Shown here piece by piece: positions 37,825 through 49,147 of a stretch of 64,000 nucleotides of DNA (positions within the stretch are counted from its first letter, which is position 1; each line of letters starts with the position of its first letter). The stretch is taken from positions 64,001 to 128,000 of the forward strand of contig JBBRCZ010000008.1 in assembly GCA_038204425.1 (NCBI GenBank), given 5' to 3'. The stretch comes from Spirochaetia bacterium. GTDB lineage: Bacteria > Spirochaetota > Spirochaetia > DSM-27196 > Salinispiraceae. Both the position numbers and the translations under genes were made by a program. The notes below the pieces were generated by a model. It did not search any database and was not told the origin of the DNA. It saw only the letters and a list, made by a program, of their open reading frames with translations.

Positions 37825-38811
37825 ATGAAACTTCAGGAAGTTCCACAGGAACTGATCAACTTTATTGCAAATCATGATACTTTTTTTGTAATCCCCCATA
37901 TAGAACCTGACGGCGACTGCGTTGGTTCGGCTTTGGCACTGGCAAGTATGCTCAAACGTCTCGGAAAAATTGTCTACACTCACAGCCTAGGACCTTTTGA
38001 AAAAAAGGAAGTAGAACGTTTTGAAACTCAGTTCCAAGGACGCATTGATCAAGCGACCCTAAAAGCAGCCAAGAATCCCTGCGCACTGGTAGTTGACTGT
38101 TCAACGCTTGACCGAATTGGTGCTTTGGCAGATGACATTGTCGGCCTTGCTGCTGCGGTTATCGATCATCATAGCTCAGGCGTCGAGTTTGGCGACTGTA
38201 GATTTATAAACTCCAGCTCTCCATCCACTTCGCTTTTGGTTCAACAACTTATAGAAGCTTTTGGCTTGAGTCTGAGCAAAGAAGAAGCCGAACTAATTTT
38301 CTTTGCCTTTAGTACTGATACGGGGTTTTTCCGACACTTGGAAGCCAAGTCGGGTGAAAGCTTTAAACTTGTTGCCCGCTTGGTAGATGCTGGCGCTTCT
38401 CCCAAACAAACCTTTGGCAACATGAATTCGGGCGTCAGTTTAGAAAGTCGCTTGCATCTTGGCAAGCTTTTGTCTCGTGTCGAGCCCTACGCAAACGGCA
38501 AGATTCTTGTCAGCTACGAGTATCTCGAAGAAACGCTGGACTTGGGCAAAAAGAATAGGGAATCTGATCTCTTGTATCAAATGCTCATGGGAATTAGCGG
38601 CGTGGAAGTGGTTGTTAGCTTGCGAGAAGAGAGCAAAACCACCACGACTGGTGGTTTGCGAAGCCGTTCATTTGTAGATGTTGGACACGTAGCCTTGCAG
38701 CTCGGAGGCGGTGGACACAAGCACGCTGCAGGCTTTATGGCCCAAGAAGCTCTCAAAACGGTCAAAGCTCAGGTGGTGGCCTTGCTCGAAGAAAGCATCC
38801 AAGGGCACTAA
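37825..38811 (+). CDS. nrnA: DHH/DHHA1 phosphoesterase, NrnA-like (nanoRNase/pAp phosphatase)
   Basis: [31 protein letters not shown]. Confidence 0.88.
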   Translation: MKLQEVPQELINFIANHDTFFVIPHIEPDGDCVGSALALASMLKRLGKIVYTHSLGPFEKKEVERFETQFQGRIDQATLKAAKNPCALVVDCSTLDRIGALADDIVGLAAAVIDHHSSGVEFGDCRFINSSSPSTSLLVQQLIEAFGLSLSKEEAELIFFAFSTDTGFFRHLEAKSGESFKLVARLVDAGASPKQTFGNMNSGVSLESRLHLGKLLSRVEPYANGKILVSYEYLEETLDLGKKNRESDLLYQMLMGISGVEVVVSLREESKTTTTGGLRSRSFVDVGHVALQLGGGGHKHAAGFMAQEALKTVKAQVVALLEESIQGH

Positions 38812-41800
38812 AACGTGCCCGATGGCAAAAGTCTCGGCGTTACCTCTCCGCCCTTGAGATAGCGAATGCCTTCCACGGCAGCAACTGCAGCCGAAATAGT
38901 GGTAGTATACGGTATTCTGCGACGGACAGCTTCAATACGAATGTAGTCGTCATCTCGCTGAGTATAGCGTCCCAGCGGGGTGTTAATTATTAAGTCAATT
39001 CGGTTGTGTTCCATGTGGTCGATTATGTGCGGTCGACCTTCGTGGACCTTTAGCACAACTTCAGCAAAGACACCTTGTTTAAACAGAAACTCGGCAGTTC
39101 CCTTTGTGGCCGAAATCCTAAAACCGAGGTCTACTAAGTTCTTGACGATGGGAAGCGCAGCAAGGCGGTCGTGCTTGTTTACGGTGATAAATGCAGTACC
39201 GGCAATCGGTAGTATAGTCCCGGTCGCTGCTTGAGCCTTTGAGAATGCTTCGCCAAAGCTGGCACCTAAACCTATGGCCTCGCCGGTACTCTTCATCTCT
39301 GGTCCCAAGATTGGGTCAACCTCTCTAAAACGATCAAAACTAAAAACTGCTTCTTTGACTGCCCAGCCGGTGATGCACGAACCAAGGCCTACTCCATCCA
39401 AGCCACTTTTGTTTGAGTCAATTAGACCCTGCTTGGCGAGATTCTGGCCGCGCCATGATTTTACTGCTGCATCTACCATGTTGACACCAGTCGCTTTGGA
39501 AATAAAGGGTACGGTTCGGCTGGCTCGAGGGTTAACTTCCAGAACGTAGAGCAGCTCATCTTTGACGGCAAATTGAATGTTGAGAAAGCCGTGTACACCA
39601 ATTTCTCGCGCAATTTTGGCGGTGGCTTCTAACATCTGGCGTTCGATGCGGGGATTAGACTTGTAGGCAGGAAAAACACAGGCTGAGTCTCCCGAGTGGA
39701 TGCCAGCTGCCTCAATATGTTGCATAATGCCCGCAACATAGACGTTTTTAGTATCGCACAAAGCATCAACATCGTATTCAAAGGCGTCTTCCAAAAACTT
39801 ATCAACCAAAATTGGACGCTCTGGAGAACACTCAAGACCCTTTTGACGAATCAAGAAGTCTTTAAGTTCGGCGTCGTCGTAGACAATTGCCATGGCCCGC
39901 CCACCCAGAACAAATGAGGGTCTGATCAATACTGGGTAGCCAACTTCGTTGGCCATCTGCTGAATATTGTCTAGGCTTGCAATAGTTCGGTTGGGCGGCT
40001 GATTGAGCCCGAGCTTAGTGATGAGCTCAGAAAAGAGCTTGCGATCTTCGGCTGCTCGAATTGCCAAAACAGGCGTGCCTACTATCTTAGCACCCCAGGC
40101 CTCCAGCTCTTCGCTCATATTGAGAGGAGTCTGGCCTCCCAGTTGCACTACCACGTCCTTAATGCCCTCGCGCAGCATCAATTCCTTTACATCCTCTACG
40201 GTTAGTGGCTCAATATAGAGTCGGTCGCTAACGTTAAAGTCGGTCGATACGGTCTCGGGGTTGGAGTTAACCATGACGCTTTTTACACCAATTTTTCGGT
40301 AGGCCATTGATGAAAGCGTACAACAGGTATCAAACTCCAAGCCTTGGCCAATGCGGTTGGGGCCCGATGCAAGAATAATAACACCATCGCCTTCCATCGG
40401 CAGGGCTTCGTTAATTTCTCCGTAGGTGCCATAGAAGTAAGGAGTGCTGGCTTCAAACTCGCCGGAACAAGTGTCAACAAAGTGGTAGCTGGCGTGGATA
40501 TCCAGTTGGTTTCGTTCCGCCTCAATTGCAGCTGGGTTCGTGCCACACAGTTTTGCTATGCGCTTGTCAGCAAAGCCCATACGCTTAGCCTTCATCAAGA
40601 GAAGACTTCCGAGGGGCTTAGTGCCACCATGCAAAGTCAGTTCTTGTTCGAGCTCAATCTGCTCCCAAAAATTGTGCAAAAACCATGGATCAAAGCCTGT
40701 TTTTTTGGAAATAGCAGTCAAGGCGCCGTAGCCGCGACGTTTGAGTGCCGTGTAAGCACCAAAGATTCTACGTGGGTGACGAGTGGAGAGCATCAGCTCT
40801 AAGGTGTCTTCATCGACCTCGGCAAAGTCTTCTAAACCGCTAAAGCCAAACTCGCACGCTCGTATCGCTTTGTTGAGAGCTTCATTAAAGGTACGTCCAA
40901 TAGAAAGTGACTCACCGACGCTCTTCATTTGCGTGCCAAGTTCGGCATAGCCTCTGGGGAACTTTTCCATCTCAAATCGTGGTACTTTGACAGCCACGTA
41001 GTCCAGACTCGGCTCAAAACAAGAGACCGTCTTGCCGGTTATGTCGTTAATAATCTCGTCAAGAGTATAACCAACCGCCAACTTGGCAGAACATCGCGCT
41101 ATAGGGAAGCCAGTCGCCTTGGAGGCTAGGGCCGAGGACCGGCTAACTCGTGGGTTCATTTCTATGACTATCATGCGACCGTCAACTGGATTGACTGCAA
41201 ACTGAACATTGGAACCGCCGCAATCGACGCCAATTTTTCGCAAGATCTCTATGCTTGCGGTACGCATGTTTTGGTATTCTATGTCAGACAGGGTTTGGAT
41301 GGGGGCTACCGTTATTGAGTCACCGGTGTGGACACCCATAGGATCTACGTTTTCTATTGAACAGACGATGACCGCGTTGTCAGCCTTGTCTCGCATGACT
41401 TCCATCTCAAACTCTTTCCAGCCAAGCAAACTCTCTTCTATCAAAGTTTGATGGATGGGGCTTTCTTCTAGGGCGCGCAAAATATAGGCTTCTACATCTT
41501 CCCAGCGAGAAGCAATGCTGCCACCGCGCCCACCCAAGGTAAAGCTTGGCCTGATAATAAGCGGCAAGCCGTTTTCGCGGGCAAAAATCATGCCTTCGGC
41601 CACGCTATGGGCCAAGACACTGTGGGCTGAGTTGAGCCCGATACTAGCGACTACTTCTTTAAACAGGCCTCGATCTTCTGCCAATTCTATGGCACGAATA
41701 TTGGCGCCCAGGATTTCGACCCCATATTTTTCTAGGATACCTGCCTTATGTAAGTCGAGCGTTAGATTGAGCGCAGTTTGGCCGCCCATGGTTGGCAACA

Positions 41801-42056
41801 CGGCATCGGGTTTTTCAATTTTTATGATCTGCTCTAGATAGTTGACTTCCAAGGGGTCAAGATAGATGGCATCGGCGGTGCCTGGCGTAGTCATAATGGT
41901 TGCTGGATTGGGGTTGACCAAAACGACTTGATAGCCTTCTTCCTTGAGTGCTCGCACAGCTTGATTGCCTGAGTAGTCAAACTCACAAGCCTGACCTATT
42001 ACGATTGGGCCGGATCCTATAATCAGTATTTTTTTTATGTCTTTTCGGGCGGGCAT
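38808..42056 (-). CDS. carB: Carbamoyl-phosphate synthase large subunit
   Basis: [52 protein letters not shown]-like C-terminus. Confidence 0.98.
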   Translation of the reverse strand: MPARKDIKKILIIGSGPIVIGQACEFDYSGNQAVRALKEEGYQVVLVNPNPATIMTTPGTADAIYLDPLEVNYLEQIIKIEKPDAVLPTMGGQTALNLTLDLHKAGILEKYGVEILGANIRAIELAEDRGLFKEVVASIGLNSAHSVLAHSVAEGMIFARENGLPLIIRPSFTLGGRGGSIASRWEDVEAYILRALEESPIHQTLIEESLLGWKEFEMEVMRDKADNAVIVCSIENVDPMGVHTGDSITVAPIQTLSDIEYQNMRTASIEILRKIGVDCGGSNVQFAVNPVDGRMIVIEMNPRVSRSSALASKATGFPIARCSAKLAVGYTLDEIINDITGKTVSCFEPSLDYVAVKVPRFEMEKFPRGYAELGTQMKSVGESLSIGRTFNEALNKAIRACEFGFSGLEDFAEVDEDTLELMLSTRHPRRIFGAYTALKRRGYGALTAISKKTGFDPWFLHNFWEQIELEQELTLHGGTKPLGSLLLMKAKRMGFADKRIAKLCGTNPAAIEAERNQLDIHASYHFVDTCSGEFEASTPYFYGTYGEINEALPMEGDGVIILASGPNRIGQGLEFDTCCTLSSMAYRKIGVKSVMVNSNPETVSTDFNVSDRLYIEPLTVEDVKELMLREGIKDVVVQLGGQTPLNMSEELEAWGAKIVGTPVLAIRAAEDRKLFSELITKLGLNQPPNRTIASLDNIQQMANEVGYPVLIRPSFVLGGRAMAIVYDDAELKDFLIRQKGLECSPERPILVDKFLEDAFEYDVDALCDTKNVYVAGIMQHIEAAGIHSGDSACVFPAYKSNPRIERQMLEATAKIAREIGVHGFLNIQFAVKDELLYVLEVNPRASRTVPFISKATGVNMVDAAVKSWRGQNLAKQGLIDSNKSGLDGVGLGSCITGWAVKEAVFSFDRFREVDPILGPEMKSTGEAIGLGASFGEAFSKAQAATGTILPIAGTAFITVNKHDRLAALPIVKNLVDLGFRISATKGTAEFLFKQGVFAEVVLKVHEGRPHIIDHMEHNRIDLIINTPLGRYTQRDDDYIRIEAVRRRIPYTTTISAAVAAVEGIRYLKGGEVTPRLLPSGTF

Positions 42057-42117
42057 TGTAAGACTCCTTGCTCTAACTCTTTAGTGCTGCTATGGAAATA
42101 AAACCAAATTGTTCGGT

Positions 42118-43344
42118 CTAGGCCTTCTTCATTCCGCGCAAAAAAGCGCCAAATATCCAGAGACTGTCATAAGGACCGGGGGCGCTTTCGGGATGAAACT
42201 GGGCAGTATAGATTTTGCGTGACTCGGATATAATTCCTTCGATACTTTGGTCGTTGGCGTTGCGAAACCAGACTTTGACATCCGTGGGTAATTGCTCTTC
42301 TTTGACGGCAAAACCATGGTTTTGACTAGTAACAAAGACTTTTTTGCTGAGTTCGTCGCGCACGGGGTGATTGATGCCGTGGTGACCAAACTTCATTTTG
42401 TAGGTCTGGGCACCTAGTGCCAGTGAGATTAGCTGATGTCCCAAGCAGATCCCGGTAAGCGGTATTTTGCCAATCAGGCCTTTAATTGCAGCAATTTGGT
42501 GCGTCAAAACGGCCGGGTCACCTGGTCCATTGGAAACCAAGACGCCGTCATGACCGCCAGCTAAGATGTCTTGGGCTCCGGCTGTTGAAGGATAGACGCT
42601 TACTTTGCAGCCAAAAGCAGAAAGCTCCCTGATGATGTTGGCCTTGGCGCCACAGTCATAAAGTGCCACGTTTAGACCCTTGGGTACCGAGTTTGTGTCG
42701 GTCTGACTGAGTGCGAGCGCTGGGTGTTCTGTCCGCGCCAGCTCACTGGGCAGTTCGCTTAGCGCTGTAGGGCTACCTACATCAGCAATCAAGTTGGCAC
42801 CGACCATGCTCGGATAGGCAGCCAAATATGCGGAAACTGTTTTAAGTTCGTCCTGACTAAGGCCCTTATCAGTTTCGGCGGGTCTAAGCACTAGACCCAT
42901 CAGGCTGCCTTGGCTCCGTAGTTCGAGCGTTAGTTTGCGCGTGTCAATTTCCGAAACGCCGGGAATCTTATTTTTGAGCAAGTAATTGTCCAGCGTGTCT
43001 CGACCCTCAGGCACTGGTCCTCTGTACAGACTCCGTACCACAAAACCGGCCGCTTTTACTTTGCGATCGGGTCGATCGCCTTCGGGCCCCGACTCATTCC
43101 AAGCAAAATCGGTGCCATAGTTGCCCATGTGTGGGTAGGTCATGGCTACAATCTGTCCTGTATAGGAGGGGTCGGTAAGTACTTCGTAGTAGCCGGACAT
43201 GGCGGTATTAAATACGACTTCGCCGGTGTGGGCGTAAGTCTTGAGTCCCTGCTTAAGTTCGCTTGCCAAGGGTGCTTGGGCACCAAAGCCTTGCCCTTGG
43301 TACACTGATCCGTTTTGCAAGACTAAATAGGTCAAACTGGCCAT
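42118..43344 (-). CDS. carA: Carbamoyl-phosphate synthase small subunit
   Basis: GEVVFNTAMSGY, SNGPGDP, GICLGHQ, SQNHGFAV, QFHPES. Confidence 0.97.
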   Translation of the reverse strand: MASLTYLVLQNGSVYQGQGFGAQAPLASELKQGLKTYAHTGEVVFNTAMSGYYEVLTDPSYTGQIVAMTYPHMGNYGTDFAWNESGPEGDRPDRKVKAAGFVVRSLYRGPVPEGRDTLDNYLLKNKIPGVSEIDTRKLTLELRSQGSLMGLVLRPAETDKGLSQDELKTVSAYLAAYPSMVGANLIADVGSPTALSELPSELARTEHPALALSQTDTNSVPKGLNVALYDCGAKANIIRELSAFGCKVSVYPSTAGAQDILAGGHDGVLVSNGPGDPAVLTHQIAAIKGLIGKIPLTGICLGHQLISLALGAQTYKMKFGHHGINHPVRDELSKKVFVTSQNHGFAVKEEQLPTDVKVWFRNANDQSIEGIISESRKIYTAQFHPESAPGPYDSLWIFGAFLRGMKKA

Positions 43345-43422
43345 GGTTCACCGATCCTTTTCCTGCCAGACGCCAAATAGTGCATTGCCTCCACGTTTGG
43401 GTAACCGGGCAGGATGTAGTTT

Positions 43423-43449
43423 AAAAAAAAGCCGGCACAATCGCCGGCT
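43423..43449 (-). terminator. Rho-independent terminator after tRNA-Gln
   Basis: AGCCGGC-GATTGT-GCCGGCT followed by a T run on the minus strand. Confidence 0.8.
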
Positions 43450-43475
43450 GTATTCCGCTTTGGAACAATTAGGCT

Positions 43476-43546
43476 TTCCCCGGGAAGGATTTGAACCCTC
43501 ACAAACAGAATCAGAATCTGTGGTGCTACCGTTACACTACCAGGGA
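43476..43546 (-). tRNA. tRNA-Gln (CUG)
   Basis: TCCCTGG/CCGGGGA acceptor, ACAGA-TTCTGAT-TCTGT anticodon arm, GGTTCAAATCC T-arm. Confidence 0.92.
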
Positions 43547-43735
43547 TCGTTGTACAGGCCAACAGGGCCAGACTCTAAACCGAAAGCCTTGGAATGTCAA
43601 GTTATCGCTCGTGGCGCAGTAGCTGCGCGACCCTGAGATGGCCAACAAAAAAAAGACTCACCTGATACACAAATAGTTTTCCGAAATGCATAAAATAGTT
43701 ATACAATGCAGTGCATCTTAGGGAGTAGCAGCTTA

Positions 43736-44551
43736 ATGACTTCACAGGAAATGGCTTGGAAGATAAGAAAACACGCTTTATCAATGACCTATAGGTCTGG
43801 GGCGTCTCATATAGGGCCTGCACTTTCAATAGCCGATATAGTTGCGGTTCTCTATAGTGAGGTTCTCAAGCTTAATCCAAAGCAGCCAGACTGGCAGGAT
43901 CGCGACTACTTTATCCTCAGCAAGGGACACGCAGGAATCGCTGTCTACGCTGCCTTGGCTCTGCGTGGCTTCTTTCCTGAAGCCGAGCTTGAGCACTACT
44001 ATGCTAATGGAAGCAATCTTTGCGGCCATGTTTCGCACAAAAACGTGCCCGGTGTCGAGCTGTCGACTGGCTCTTTGGGTCATGGACTTGCAGTAGGCAA
44101 CGGGCTGGCCTTGGCACTTAGAATGGACAAAAGACCAAACCGTGTCTTTGTCTTGCTGGGCGACGGAGAGTGTGACGAAGGTTCTATCTGGGAAGCCGCT
44201 TTGTTTGCCGGGCACCATAGGCTTTCTAACCTGGTCGCCATTATAGATCACAACAAGATGCAAGCCATGGGAGACTGCAGCTCAGTTGCAAATCTTGAGC
44301 CCTTTGAAGACAAGTGGAAGGCTTTTAACTGGCGTACCAAACGAGTTGATGGTCACCAACACGATGCCCTTAGGCATGCCTTAGAACCAGGTTTGACCCA
44401 GGACTCGCCCACCTGTATTATCGCCGACACCATCAAAGGCAAGGGAATAAGTTTTATGGAAAACAATTTACTGTGGCACTACCGCAATCCAAGCGAACAG
44501 ATTGTAAAACAAGCGCTGGAAGAGTTGGAGCAAGGCCCCAATGCGCAATAG
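43736..44551 (+). CDS. Transketolase-like protein, N-terminal (ThDP-binding) subunit
   Basis: SHIGPALS, DRDYFILSKGHA, STGSLGHG, GDGECDEG, TIKGKG; start may be 43706 or 43736. Confidence 0.9.
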   Translation: MTSQEMAWKIRKHALSMTYRSGASHIGPALSIADIVAVLYSEVLKLNPKQPDWQDRDYFILSKGHAGIAVYAALALRGFFPEAELEHYYANGSNLCGHVSHKNVPGVELSTGSLGHGLAVGNGLALALRMDKRPNRVFVLLGDGECDEGSIWEAALFAGHHRLSNLVAIIDHNKMQAMGDCSSVANLEPFEDKWKAFNWRTKRVDGHQHDALRHALEPGLTQDSPTCIIADTIKGKGISFMENNLLWHYRNPSEQIVKQALEELEQGPNAQ

Positions 44552-45467
44552 TTTTGTAGACACACTGCTGGAGCTAGCCACTAGTGACCCGCAACTGTGC
44601 TTGATTACTGGTGACTTGGGCTACAATGTGCTTAACCGCTTTTACGAGAGCTTTCCTGAACGGTATATCAACGCGGGTATTGCCGAACAATTGATGACCA
44701 GCATGGCCACCGGCATGGCCTTGGCAGGAAAATCAGTCTACACCTATTCTCTGGCAAACTTTCCTAGCCTGCGTTGCTTGGAACAAATTCGCAACGATAT
44801 TTGCTACCACAACTGCAACGTTACCATAGTAAGCGTTGGTGCAGGCTTTGGGTATGGTTCGCTTGGTATGAGTCACCATGCCACCGAAGATGTTGCTATT
44901 ATGCGCGCACTACCTAACATGATAGTCTGTTCGCCCGGCGATCCTTGGGAAACGGTCGCAGCGACACGCTTGCTGCATCAACATGGAGGCCCTGCTTTTT
45001 TGCGCCTTGGCAAAGGTGGCGAACCACGTTTGCATGCCACCCTACCGCAACTTGCTTTTGGCAAGGGTCTGTGCTTGATAGAAGGTAGCGAGGTGGCCAT
45101 AGTTTCAAATGGCCCAATACTGAGCGAAGCCTACAAAGCTTGCCAATTGCTCAACGCCGATGGCATTTCGTGCGCTCTGTACAGTCTTCCTTTTGTAAAA
45201 CCACTCGATACCGAGCTTATCGAAAAACTTGCTCGTTCTTGTGTGCTGATAGTCAGTGTAGAAGAGCACAGCATCATTGGCGGCTTCTCCGGAGCGGTGG
45301 CAGAACATTTGGCTGGACTGCGCGACCGGCGTGCGATACAGATCCGCATTGGACTGCAAGATCGCTATTCTTCCATTGTTGGGGACCAAGCCTATTTGCG
45401 CCAAGTCTATGAGATGGATCATCTTGCAATCTACAACAAAACCAAGGCCGAGTTGGCAATCTCATGA
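44541..45467 (+). CDS. Transketolase-like protein, C-terminal subunit
   Basis: MRNSF, GIAEQ, RCLEQIRND, SHHATED, KPLD, VEEH. Confidence 0.9.
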   Translation: MRNSFVDTLLELATSDPQLCLITGDLGYNVLNRFYESFPERYINAGIAEQLMTSMATGMALAGKSVYTYSLANFPSLRCLEQIRNDICYHNCNVTIVSVGAGFGYGSLGMSHHATEDVAIMRALPNMIVCSPGDPWETVAATRLLHQHGGPAFLRLGKGGEPRLHATLPQLAFGKGLCLIEGSEVAIVSNGPILSEAYKACQLLNADGISCALYSLPFVKPLDTELIEKLARSCVLIVSVEEHSIIGGFSGAVAEHLAGLRDRRAIQIRIGLQDRYSSIVGDQAYLRQVYEMDHLAIYNKTKAELAIS

Positions 45468-46390
45468 GCACAAAGGCACCAGTCTTGGTGACAGGAGCGA
45501 CCAGCTTTATTGGACTTAAACTTTGCTCGCGTCTTGTGCGTGAGCAAAACTCAGTTGTTGCCGTTTGTCGTCCAGACTCTGCGAGACTAGGCCTACTTGA
45601 GCAAAACCCGCTGGTGCGTACCGTCTATGCTGACATGAGTGACTATAGTCAGCTAGATAGCATGGTGGGCGAAGCCTGTAGCACGCTTTTTGCCTTAGCT
45701 TGGAATGGTACGCGCGGACACAGCCGCGACGACGATGCCTTGCAGGCAAGCAACCTTGAGCATTCACTCGATGCCTTGCGCTGTGCCCTCAACTTAGGCT
45801 GCACGACCATAATTAGCGCTGGTTCTCAGGCCGAGTATGGCTTGCATGCCGGCCCCGTCAGCGAACAAACAATCTGCAAGCCAGTCACCGCCTATGGCAA
45901 AAACAAACTCAAGTTTTTTGAAAGAGCTCTTGAGCTCTGTCCTGCTGACGTTGCTTTTCGCGAGCCTCGTTTTTTTAGCCTTTATGGCAAAGAAGATAGC
46001 CAGCAGACCATGCTAATCTCAATCCTAAGCAAGATGTTGCGCAATCTACCCTGTCAGCTTACGCTGTGTGTGCAAAGCTGGGATTTTTTGCATATCGACG
46101 ACGCTATTGAAGGCCTCTTGGCGCTGATGCAGGCCGACTGCCAAAGTGGCGCGTACAACTTTGGTTCTGGACAAGCCCAGTCACTCAGGGCTTTTATTGA
46201 ACAGATGCTAACGTTGAGCGGTTCTAGCAGTCAATTGGAGTTTGGCGCCGTGGACTTTCCAAGTTCTGGCATGGTAAACGTAAATCCCTCAATTGATAAG
46301 ATGCGAAAGCAGTGTGCTTGGTCACCCAAAATAAGCTTTGAAGAAGGAATCAGTGACATAATTGTGCACTTAAAAAGGAGTCTAGCATGA
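45464..46390 (+). CDS. NAD-dependent epimerase/dehydratase (extended SDR)
   Basis: VTGATSFIG, GSQAEYG, YGKNK (YxxxK), WDFLHIDD. Confidence 0.88.
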   Translation: MSTKAPVLVTGATSFIGLKLCSRLVREQNSVVAVCRPDSARLGLLEQNPLVRTVYADMSDYSQLDSMVGEACSTLFALAWNGTRGHSRDDDALQASNLEHSLDALRCALNLGCTTIISAGSQAEYGLHAGPVSEQTICKPVTAYGKNKLKFFERALELCPADVAFREPRFFSLYGKEDSQQTMLISILSKMLRNLPCQLTLCVQSWDFLHIDDAIEGLLALMQADCQSGAYNFGSGQAQSLRAFIEQMLTLSGSSSQLEFGAVDFPSSGMVNVNPSIDKMRKQCAWSPKISFEEGISDIIVHLKRSLA

Positions 46391-47340
46391 AGACTATTTC
46401 TATATTGATCCCAACTTATAACGAAGAGGAAAATGTCCCACTACTCTACCCAGAACTCAAGGCCTTGTTTGTACAGCAGCTCGCCAACTACAAGTACGAA
46501 TTTGTCTTTATCGACAATAAGTCCAAGGATAAGACCAGAGAAGAGATACTCAAAATCTGCAACAGTGACAAAAACGTCAAAGCTATTTTTAACTGTCGCA
46601 ACTTTGGTCAGTTTAACTCTCCCTACTACGGCATAACGCAGACCACTGGCGACTGTTGTATTTTACTGTGCGCCGACTTCCAGGACCCTTTGGAGATGAT
46701 TCCTCAATTTGTAGCCGAGTGGGAAAAAGGTTTTAGGATTGTTGTTGGCATAAAGAACAAAAGCAAAGAGAACCCGCTGATGTTTTTGGCGCGCTCAATT
46801 TTTTACCGCGCTTTAAAGAAGATGTCCGAGGTAGAAATGATAGAACACTTTACCGGCTTTGGCCTCTACGACAAAAGCTTTGTAGACGTCCTCAAAAACC
46901 TCGATGATTCCACTCCGTTTTTGCGCGGCATAGTGGCCGAACTCGGTTTTGAACGCAAAGAGATTAGCTACACTCAGGCAAAACGGCGAGCCGGAAAAAC
47001 AAGCAACAACTGGTTTAAGCTCTACGATGCTGCCATGCTTGGTATAACTTCTTACACCAAGTCGATGATGCGTCTGGCTACCTTTGTTGGCTTTTTTCTG
47101 GCAGGAATTTCGATAGTTGTGGCCTTGGTTTACTTGGTTCTAAAGCTGCTGTTTTGGGATCATTTTCCAACAGGTATAGCACCCATTACGATTGCCATCT
47201 TCTTCTTTGGTTCAATTCAGCTCTTCTTTATTGGTTTTTTGGGGGAGTACATCTTGAGCATTAATGCGCGCGTCAAACACCGACCTTTGGTAGTTGAAGA
47301 TCAGCGCATCAATTACCAAGAAAAGGCGCGTTTACTCTAG
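46387..47340 (+). CDS. GT2 polyprenol-phosphate glycosyltransferase (GtrB/ArnC-like)
   Basis: IPTYNEEEN, IDNKS.D, RNFG, ADFQDP, two C-terminal TM helices, GFLGEYI. Confidence 0.9.
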   Translation: MKTISILIPTYNEEENVPLLYPELKALFVQQLANYKYEFVFIDNKSKDKTREEILKICNSDKNVKAIFNCRNFGQFNSPYYGITQTTGDCCILLCADFQDPLEMIPQFVAEWEKGFRIVVGIKNKSKENPLMFLARSIFYRALKKMSEVEMIEHFTGFGLYDKSFVDVLKNLDDSTPFLRGIVAELGFERKEISYTQAKRRAGKTSNNWFKLYDAAMLGITSYTKSMMRLATFVGFFLAGISIVVALVYLVLKLLFWDHFPTGIAPITIAIFFFGSIQLFFIGFLGEYILSINARVKHRPLVVEDQRINYQEKARLL

Positions 47341-48357
47341 TCCGTTGGGGTTCATAGACTGCCAACGCCAGGTGTCAGCACACATGTCGTCGATAGTCTT
47401 GACCGCTGTCCAACCCAGCTCTTGGTTGGCTAAAGTGGGGTCGGCATAGCAGATTGCAATATCACCTGCCCGGCGTGGCTCAAAGGTTCGTGACAATTTT
47501 TTGCCACAGGCTTTTTCAAAAGCTGCCAGCATTTGCAGCACACTACTGCCTTTGCCGCTACCAAGATTGTAGGTATGCAGTCCATCTCCAGGTCCGAGTT
47601 TGGTCAAGGCTTGTAGGTGCCCTTGCGCCAGGTCTTTGATGTGAATATAGTCGCGCACTCCTGTGCCGTCTGGCGTTGAGTAGTCGTTGCCGTAGACTCG
47701 TAAACTTGGCAATTTTCCGATCGCAACTTGGGCAATATAGGGCACAAGATTATTGGGAATACCATTGGGATCTTCGCCAAGTCTGCCGCTCTCATGAGCA
47801 CCAACTGGATTAAAATAACGAAGCAGGACAATGTTCCAACTTGAGTCTGACCGATAAATGTCACGTAAAATTTCTTCAATAAATAGCTTGGTTCTTCCAT
47901 AGGGATTGGTAGCGCCCAGGGGAGAGTCTTCGGCAAGCGGCACCTTTTCGGCTAAGCCATAAACAGTGGCTGAAGAGGAAAATATCAGATTTTTGCACAA
48001 AAACTCGGCCATTACTTTACATAGCACAAAGGTTGCGGTCAAATTGTTGTGATAATAAAGGAGCGGCTTGGCAACCGACTCTCCGACTGCTTTGAGCCCC
48101 GCAAAATGGATTACGGCCTCAATGGGCGCACCAGCCTGTTTTGCTTGCTCAAATACCTGGCGTAAGCCAGCTTCATCGAGTAGGTCAACTTGGTAAAAAT
48201 CAATTGATTTTGCTGTAATTGCTTGTACTCGCGACAAGGATTCACGCTTGGAGTTAAGTAGATTATCTACTACTACAACAGTATGGCCAGCTTCTAAAAG
48301 TTGGATACAAGTATGAGAGCCAATGTAGCCGGCTCCGCCGGTAACCAGTATTTTCAT
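47332..48357 (-). CDS. galE: UDP-glucose 4-epimerase
   Basis: GGAGYIGSH, HFAGLKAVGES, SSSATVYG, YGRTK, LRYFNP.GAH, DGTGVRDYIH. Confidence 0.97.
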   Translation of the reverse strand: MKILVTGGAGYIGSHTCIQLLEAGHTVVVVDNLLNSKRESLSRVQAITAKSIDFYQVDLLDEAGLRQVFEQAKQAGAPIEAVIHFAGLKAVGESVAKPLLYYHNNLTATFVLCKVMAEFLCKNLIFSSSATVYGLAEKVPLAEDSPLGATNPYGRTKLFIEEILRDIYRSDSSWNIVLLRYFNPVGAHESGRLGEDPNGIPNNLVPYIAQVAIGKLPSLRVYGNDYSTPDGTGVRDYIHIKDLAQGHLQALTKLGPGDGLHTYNLGSGKGSSVLQMLAAFEKACGKKLSRTFEPRRAGDIAICYADPTLANQELGWTAVKTIDDMCADTWRWQSMNPNGLE

Positions 48358-48377
48358 TGTGCGTACATACTTAACAA

Positions 48378-49097
48378 TTATTTGCTGCTTTGTCCAGCAG
48401 ATGCTTGCAAGACATTCTGAATGGCCTCAAACCATTTTTTTGCAATTTTTTGCTCGCCACTTTGATTAGGATGGACACCATCGTAGACGTCAGACAAAAG
48501 ATTGATGTCGTTGTACTGATCAACTACCATAAGCTTGGAACTATTAGTGCTTTTGCTCGCCACTAGGTCGACTATTTTTTTGTTGAGCCTAAAAATAATG
48601 TGGTCATAAAGTAAGGCAGGAATCAGTTGCGCAACAATGATGGTCACACGCGGATTTACCACTCTCAGGCTGTCAACAATGGCACTTAAGTAGGCAATAA
48701 TACTTGCCTCATCTCGGTTGTAAAAAACATCGTTGGTTCCAAGATGAATCAAGACCATGTCGGGACGTGCTGCACGAGCCCAGGTATCTATCTGTGCCAA
48801 GATTTGATCGCTTCGCCAGCCCCAATGACCCTCGTGGTCTTGGTCAAAGTCGTTAAACAAGTTGCTACCTTGGTGATTCTGGCTTTGGCTGCCAACAAAA
48901 TCCACCTCAATGCTTGCCTGGCGCAAAAGTTGAAAGAGCCAGTAGCGATATGAGGCCCTGCCCACTGCGCCTTGAGTGATCGAATCGCCCAGTGGCATGA
49001 GCTTTAAAACAGTGGCTCTAGATTGTGCCCCAGTCTCTGCACCATCTGATTCTTGACCAAAGAGTGACCAGCCTAGTCCAACTAGGCTGATCACCAC
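48378..49097 (-). CDS. Exported SGNH/GDSL hydrolase
   Basis: MPLGDSITQG, HEGHWG, HLGTND, DGVHPN; exact start uncertain. Confidence 0.88.
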   Translation of the reverse strand: MVISLVGLGWSLFGQESDGAETGAQSRATVLKLMPLGDSITQGAVGRASYRYWLFQLLRQASIEVDFVGSQSQNHQGSNLFNDFDQDHEGHWGWRSDQILAQIDTWARAARPDMVLIHLGTNDVFYNRDEASIIAYLSAIVDSLRVVNPRVTIIVAQLIPALLYDHIIFRLNKKIVDLVASKSTNSSKLMVVDQYNDINLLSDVYDGVHPNQSGEQKIAKKWFEAIQNVLQASAGQSSK

Positions 49098-49147
49098 TAT
49101 TACAGCGAGTATGCTGCCAAGTTGCTGGCGCTTTGATGGCTTGGTTT

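Noticed and set aside
43686..43716. ARG-box-like TGCATAAAAT..ATGCA upstream of the transketolase genes
   Set aside because: Spacing does not fit the 18-bp box, and it is separated from carA by a tRNA and terminator. It is more likely just AT-rich promoter sequence.
43547..47340. Sugar cassette as a tRNA-Gln-integrated island
   Set aside because: It lies on the 5' side of the tRNA, and no integrase or duplicated tRNA 3' end was found.
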